64,000 bases of DNA, taken from contig JBHAEI010000011.1 of the NCBI GenBank assembly GCA_041855505.1, forward strand, positions 15,452-79,451, given 5' to 3'. This document shows, in pieces, positions 59,370 to 64,000 of the stretch (the stretch's first letter is position 1; every line of letters starts with the position of its first letter). Both the position numbers and the translations under genes were made by a program. This DNA comes from Prevotella sp. (GTDB taxonomy: Bacteria > Bacteroidota > Bacteroidia > Bacteroidales > Bacteroidaceae). The notes beneath the pieces are model-generated. The model saw only the letters and a program-made list of their open reading frames with translations. It was not told where the DNA came from and did not search any database.

Positions 59370-61442
59370 TTATGTGAATTTTTCGATAAACTCCTTTTCC
59401 GAAAGAATGGGAATAGCCAGCTCCTTTGCTTTTTTGTTTTTTCCCGAAGTGCTCTCCACATCATTGTTAATAAGGTAGTTCGTACTCTTTGACACACTTC
59501 CCGTTACCTTTCCGCCTTGACTTTCAATGTATGCCTTTAGCTCGTTCCTGTTCTTATAATGATGTACATCGCCTGTGATAACGAAGGTTATCCCCTCGCA
59601 GAGACTTCCCTTGGGCTCGGCAGATTGCTGTGTTACTTTTAGCTCTTGCAGCAGATGGGATAGCTGAGCGTAGTTGCTCTCTTCTCTCATCCAATGCACA
59701 AAGGTGGCGCTTTTCTCCGGACCTATACCCGGAATGGATGCGAAGACATCCTCGGCAGAAAGGTTTTCGGTGTCGGTTGTGCCGGTTTCTTCGGCGAAAA
59801 GAGAGGGCTCTCCGATGTTTTGGGTAGCTGATGTTCCGACAGGGAGGCCTTCGCGGCTCTTGGAGATGAGTTCTTCTAATGGATAAGCTGCCAGCAATCG
59901 TGTGCAGACATCCTTTCCTACCAATGGGATATTCAAGGCAAAGAGCAGGCGATGCGCCTCGACATTGCGCGATTTCTCGATGGCTGCCAGCAATTTCTCC
60001 ACGCTCTTTACTCCGAAGCCCTCCATAACCTTCAGCTCGTCGGCATGACTGGCCAAATGGAAAAGGTCGGCATATTCCGAAACCCATCCCAAGTTGATGA
60101 ATTTCTGAACGGTTTGCTCCGATAAGCCATCAATGTTTACTCCCTCTTTCGATACAAAACGGGCAAAACGCTTTAATTGTTTGGCCGGGCAATGCTTATT
60201 GGTGCAGTGGAGTGTCTTTGTTCCGCTGGCCTCGCTTTCCATGACGTTTGTCGGGGCATGGCACACGGGGCATACTGTCGGTATGGTGAAGTTTCCCAGT
60301 CGTTCGGTAACCCCGATTACCTTGGGAATAATCTTATTAGCCTTAATGACCGATATTTTTGTTCCTTTACCGCCAATGCCCAGCCGTTCGCATTCGGAGA
60401 TGTTGCAAAGGCTGGCACGTTTTACCGTGGTACCTTCGAGTTCAACGGGTTTAAATACAGCCACAGGCGAGATAGTGGAGGTAGCGCACGACCACTCTAT
60501 ATACTCCAACTCGGTCGCGGCACTCTCATCCTGCCACTTGAAAGCATAGCCAGCTCTTGTGGCATGATGGCCTGTAACAGAGCCCGTTGCGGCATAATCG
60601 GTATCGTCGAAGGTAATTACCAGTCCATCTACCGGGAAGGGTTGTTGCTTCTCCGTCTTGCTTTGTCCGGTTACACGGTCGCTCCATCGTGCAATGACCG
60701 CATGGATATTTTCCGGATTAGGCTCTTCGATAACGTTGCGTTCTATGGTGTTGAAGCCCAGTTTATCGAGAAAATCCATTCGCTTTCCCCATGAAACAAT
60801 ATCCTGCTCGGTATGTACCAAGGTAAAGGGAATCCACTGAAGGTGGCGTAGCTTCACCTCATTGATGTCTTTCAAGGTAAGTGAGCCGGAAGCTAAATTG
60901 CGTGGATTGGCATATTCCTCTTCCGATTCCATATTGAATTGTTCAAAATCCCGATAGCTGATAACAGCCTCTCCACGGATAACAAGATGTCCCTTTTCAT
61001 TGATTTCGGGCAGAATTCCATCTATGGCCGGCGCAAGGTGGGTGATGTTTGTACCGATGTGGCCATTTCCTCGGGTAACCACCTTGGTCAGTTTTCCGTT
61101 ATCGTAGGTTACGACGAGTGTCAGTCCGTCCAGCTTCCACGACAGCCAAACAGGCTTTCCTTCCGCCCATTTCACCAAGTCGGCCTCGCTTTTGGTCTTG
61201 GCAAGCGACAACGCCGGGTACTCATGCTCCTCTTTCTGTCCCTTTACATCGTCGGCACTTACGTTCATTGTCGGCGAGTCGGGCAGTACTTTGCCCAGTT
61301 CCTCCTCTAAAGTTTTCAGTTTATCGAAAGCCTTATCCCACTCATAGTCAGTCATTAGCTCGCCCTTACCATTGTAGTAGGCATCCGATGCCTCATTGAG
61401 TTGCCGCACAAGCAACTTCATTTCATCTATTCTATTATCCAT
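59370..61442 (-). CDS. ligA: NAD-dependent DNA ligase
   Basis: LNEASDAYY, KLDG, RGEA, RNLASG, AFKW, C4 zinc finger, HhH motifs and BRCT (FVITG). Confidence 0.95.
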   Translation of the reverse strand: MDNRIDEMKLLVRQLNEASDAYYNGKGELMTDYEWDKAFDKLKTLEEELGKVLPDSPTMNVSADDVKGQKEEHEYPALSLAKTKSEADLVKWAEGKPVWLSWKLDGLTLVVTYDNGKLTKVVTRGNGHIGTNITHLAPAIDGILPEINEKGHLVIRGEAVISYRDFEQFNMESEEEYANPRNLASGSLTLKDINEVKLRHLQWIPFTLVHTEQDIVSWGKRMDFLDKLGFNTIERNVIEEPNPENIHAVIARWSDRVTGQSKTEKQQPFPVDGLVITFDDTDYAATGSVTGHHATRAGYAFKWQDESAATELEYIEWSCATSTISPVAVFKPVELEGTTVKRASLCNISECERLGIGGKGTKISVIKANKIIPKVIGVTERLGNFTIPTVCPVCHAPTNVMESEASGTKTLHCTNKHCPAKQLKRFARFVSKEGVNIDGLSEQTVQKFINLGWVSEYADLFHLASHADELKVMEGFGVKSVEKLLAAIEKSRNVEAHRLLFALNIPLVGKDVCTRLLAAYPLEELISKSREGLPVGTSATQNIGEPSLFAEETGTTDTENLSAEDVFASIPGIGPEKSATFVHWMREESNYAQLSHLLQELKVTQQSAEPKGSLCEGITFVITGDVHHYKNRNELKAYIESQGGKVTGSVSKSTNYLINNDVESTSGKNKKAKELAIPILSEKEFIEKFT

Positions 61443-61461
61443 ATTAGCGACGGTGTTCTGT

Positions 61462-61860
61462 TTAAAGGTTGAAGATGTTTTGTATCAATGCCGCGTCCGC
61501 TGCTGTCCATTCAAGGGAAGCCAGTTCCTCTTTCCTTATCCATTTGGCATCAATATGCTCCAATAACTTGTAGTTTTTGTCTTTAGCAAGACAGTCGAAG
61601 GCTGTAAGATGAACGATGAAGTCAGGGTATTCATGCGTAACTTCTCCTATCTTTTCCCCGATATAGATGTCCCAATCCATCTCTTCCTTTACCTCCCGGC
61701 GTAGCGCAGCTTCCATGCTCTCGTCCGATTTCACCTTGCCTCCGGGAAACTCCCAGTGCTCCGCCACATAGTCAGGTCCTTTTCTAAGGCGCTGTGTACA
61801 AAGTATTTTTCCGTCTATCTGTACAACGGCACAAACAATATCCATTTTTTTCTTTTCCAT
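61462..61860 (-). CDS. NUDIX hydrolase (MutT/NudG-like)
   Basis: WEFPGGKVKSDESMEAALRREVKEE Nudix box. Confidence 0.92.
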   Translation of the reverse strand: MEKKKMDIVCAVVQIDGKILCTQRLRKGPDYVAEHWEFPGGKVKSDESMEAALRREVKEEMDWDIYIGEKIGEVTHEYPDFIVHLTAFDCLAKDKNYKLLEHIDAKWIRKEELASLEWTAADAALIQNIFNL

Positions 61861-61958
61861 TTCTTATGCTTTTAGCCACAAATTTACGATAAAAGCATGA
61901 GAAAGTGTCACATCTTTTGTATATCTTTGCCCTAAAATTAAAATCAAATCAATAAAAA

Positions 61959-63350
61959 ATGTCATCACTAACAATTGCAATTATTGTTGCTTTCGTGTCA
62001 GGCTATGTGCTCATTGCTACCGAAAGTTTAAACAAAATCAACAAGGCAGCCATCGCGTTGCTCATGTTTGTGGTTTGCTGGACGCTCTATATGGTCGATC
62101 CCCAGCCCTTTGTTCAGTTAATGCATCCCGGTGTGAGGTTTGCTGCCGACGGTATATCCGACTTTGCCAACAAGCTGGTTACCGAGCATTTGGGCGATAC
62201 CGCTACTACGCTTTTCTTCCTGATGGGAGCCATGACGATTGTGGAAATAGTCGATCAGAATGGTGGGTTTAACTGGGTTAAGAATGTGCTAAAGTCGAAA
62301 TCGAAGCGAGGCTTGTTGTGGAAAATAGCCTTTATGACGTTTTTCCTGTCGGCAATTCTGGATAACCTCACCACCAGTATAGTGATGATAATGATTCTTC
62401 GTAAACTAATCAAGGATCACAATGACCGGATAGTATATGCCTCTCTGGTTATTATTGCAGCCAATTCCGGTGGCGCTTTCTCGCCTATAGGCGATGTTAC
62501 CACCATTATGCTTTGGAATTCCGGGGTAATTACGGCAGCGGGTGTTATCAGTGAGGTGTTTATCCCATCTGTTGTTTCGATGGTTGTACCGGCCTTTGTC
62601 CTGCAGTTTATGATAAAAGGCAATGTGGGTGATGGGGTAACGCAGGAAGATACCGCAGTACCGGCACAGACGGAAGAGGGAGAGTTTACGGAAGTTGAGC
62701 GCAAGATAATCTTTGCTACAGGTGTGGGAGGTCTGTGCTTGGTACCTGTTTTCCATACACTTACAGAACTCCCTCCGTTTGTAGGTATTCTTTTTGTGCT
62801 GGGTATTCTATGGACGATGACCGAAATTTTGTATCATCGCCTGCATAAAAAGATAGGTGGCAGCGAAGATTTCACAAAGCGTGTCGATAATCTTCTTCGA
62901 AGAATAGATATGTCCACTATTCTTTTCTTCCTCGGTATTCTGATGGCTGTTGCCTGCCTGGAGGAGATAGGGGTGCTCCATGAGTTAGGGAGAGGCTTGA
63001 ATGTAGCCTTTAATGGCAATCATTATGCAGTTACAGGTATTATCGGAGTATTGTCGTCTATAGTCGATAACGTGCCCCTTGTAGCAGGCAGTATGGGTAT
63101 GTATCCTGTTCGGGCAACGGGAGATATGGCCGTGGATGGTATCTTCTGGCAACTTTTGGCTTACTGTGCCGGTGTAGGAGGCTCTATGTTGATTATCGGA
63201 AGTGCTGCCGGTGTTGTTGTAATGGGACTGGAAAAGATTACCTTCGGCTGGTATATGAAGAAGATTTCATGGATAGCTGCCATAGGTTATTTTGCCGGAA
63301 TTCTGTCTTATTGGCTCATCAGAACTTTTGTATTCATCAGTCCTTTGTAA
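61959..63350 (+). CDS. nhaD: Na+/H+ antiporter NhaD
   Basis: INKA, FFLSAILDNLTT, ANSGGAFSPIGDVTT, DNVPLV and GGSMLIIGSAAG motifs. Confidence 0.9.
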   Translation: MSSLTIAIIVAFVSGYVLIATESLNKINKAAIALLMFVVCWTLYMVDPQPFVQLMHPGVRFAADGISDFANKLVTEHLGDTATTLFFLMGAMTIVEIVDQNGGFNWVKNVLKSKSKRGLLWKIAFMTFFLSAILDNLTTSIVMIMILRKLIKDHNDRIVYASLVIIAANSGGAFSPIGDVTTIMLWNSGVITAAGVISEVFIPSVVSMVVPAFVLQFMIKGNVGDGVTQEDTAVPAQTEEGEFTEVERKIIFATGVGGLCLVPVFHTLTELPPFVGILFVLGILWTMTEILYHRLHKKIGGSEDFTKRVDNLLRRIDMSTILFFLGILMAVACLEEIGVLHELGRGLNVAFNGNHYAVTGIIGVLSSIVDNVPLVAGSMGMYPVRATGDMAVDGIFWQLLAYCAGVGGSMLIIGSAAGVVVMGLEKITFGWYMKKISWIAAIGYFAGILSYWLIRTFVFISPL

Positions 63351-63421
63351 GCAAGAGTCGAAAGAGGCTATATATTTTTTAGTGTATTTAGCCCCTTTCA
63401 TATTATGTAATGGATAAAGAA

Positions 63422-63463
63422 AAAAGGAAGCAAAACTTCAGTATTGAGGTTTTGCTTCCTTTT
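63422..63463. terminator. Bidirectional terminator
   Basis: AAAAGGAAGCAAAACTTCA-GTAT-TGAGGTTTTGCTTCCTTTT. Confidence 0.85.
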
Positions 63464-63501
63464 ATTTTACACAGTTTGGCACAGAATACGTGCAGCCTTA
63501 C

Positions 63502-64000
63502 TTAGTTGGCAAATCTTATATTCTGCGCACTGTAGCCTACCGTAATGTTTCCTTGGATAAGTTTGCCGGTAGGATCGTAGCAGAATACCTTGCTGGGGGT
63601 AGTATAGCTTGGATTATCGATTACGTAAATATAGCCTCTGCTATCGACATTTACTTGTTGCGGACTCATTAATCCGGTTATGTCAAGGTCGGTTTCTTTC
63701 CCTGTATTTAAGTCATAAAAGAAAAATCTCTTTTCCTTATCATAATATGTAGCGTACAAACATACGAGTGAGTTGTTCTTGGCACTATATGCTATAGCGC
63801 TTGCTTTACATAGCTTTGTAACCTTATCGGTAGTAGCATCGATCATTTGTACCAAAGTATTTTCACTGTGGTAAAGTGATACAAAATATACTTTATTCCC
63901 GACCGAGATGTTTTGATTGTACGGGTTAAGCTCTACCTCCAACTCTTTGGTTTTTGTAAATGTTTTAAGATCGACTACAGATATACTCTTTCCCGTATTT
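63502..64000 (-). CDS. 3' part of a YncE/YVTN-type beta-propeller protein (5' end outside the window)
   Basis: The frame stays open to the window edge (NTGKSISVVDLKTFTKTKELEVELNP...), with repeated propeller-blade-like segments. Confidence 0.65.
   Translation of the reverse strand, partial: NTGKSISVVDLKTFTKTKELEVELNPYNQNISVGNKVYFVSLYHSENTLVQMIDATTDKVTKLCKASAIAYSAKNNSLVCLYATYYDKEKRFFFYDLNTGKETDLDITGLMSPQQVNVDSRGYIYVIDNPSYTTPSKVFCYDPTGKLIQGNITVGYSAQNIRFAN

Noticed and set aside
63502-64000. Beta-propeller as a BtuG-like B12-binding protein under a cobalamin riboswitch
   Set aside because: Only the 3' part is visible and the upstream region is outside the window, so the claim cannot be supported.

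Overview
A 64-kb chromosomal segment of a Bacteroidota bacterium, most likely Prevotella/Prevotellaceae. This is inferred from the TAnnTTTG -7 promoter boxes, AT-rich leaders without Shine-Dalgarno sites, and the gene content. It is mostly core genome: tRNA-Lys(CTT), sdaA, cmk, PPi-PFK, prmA, rplU-rpmA, serS, a fused NfnAB/GltD-like protein, rlmN, aconitase plus citrate synthase, lepA, engB, recQ, recJ, ligA and nhaD. It also carries several peptidoglycan-related genes, an NfeD-SPFH operon and a copper-type cluster. No CRISPR-cas, prophage, integrase or transposase is visible. Main oddities: (1) a Cu-type P1B ATPase with an intact frame but no nucleotide-binding N domain, next to CopZ and an HMA-AraC regulator; (2) four intergenic arrays of 22-bp quasi-palindromic units, two of which form perfect 16-bp hairpins with compensatory changes, plus a related TGCTGTCA inverted-repeat element and a recurring 25-bp dyad; (3) two intact but catalytically degenerate homologues (PdxA-like and WecB-like); (4) a DUF4922(HxHxQ)-SpoIID-AmpG operon that suggests an uncharacterised cell-wall recycling step; (5) a GC-richer, atypical ligA. 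All family assignments come from motif recognition by eye; no database search was run.
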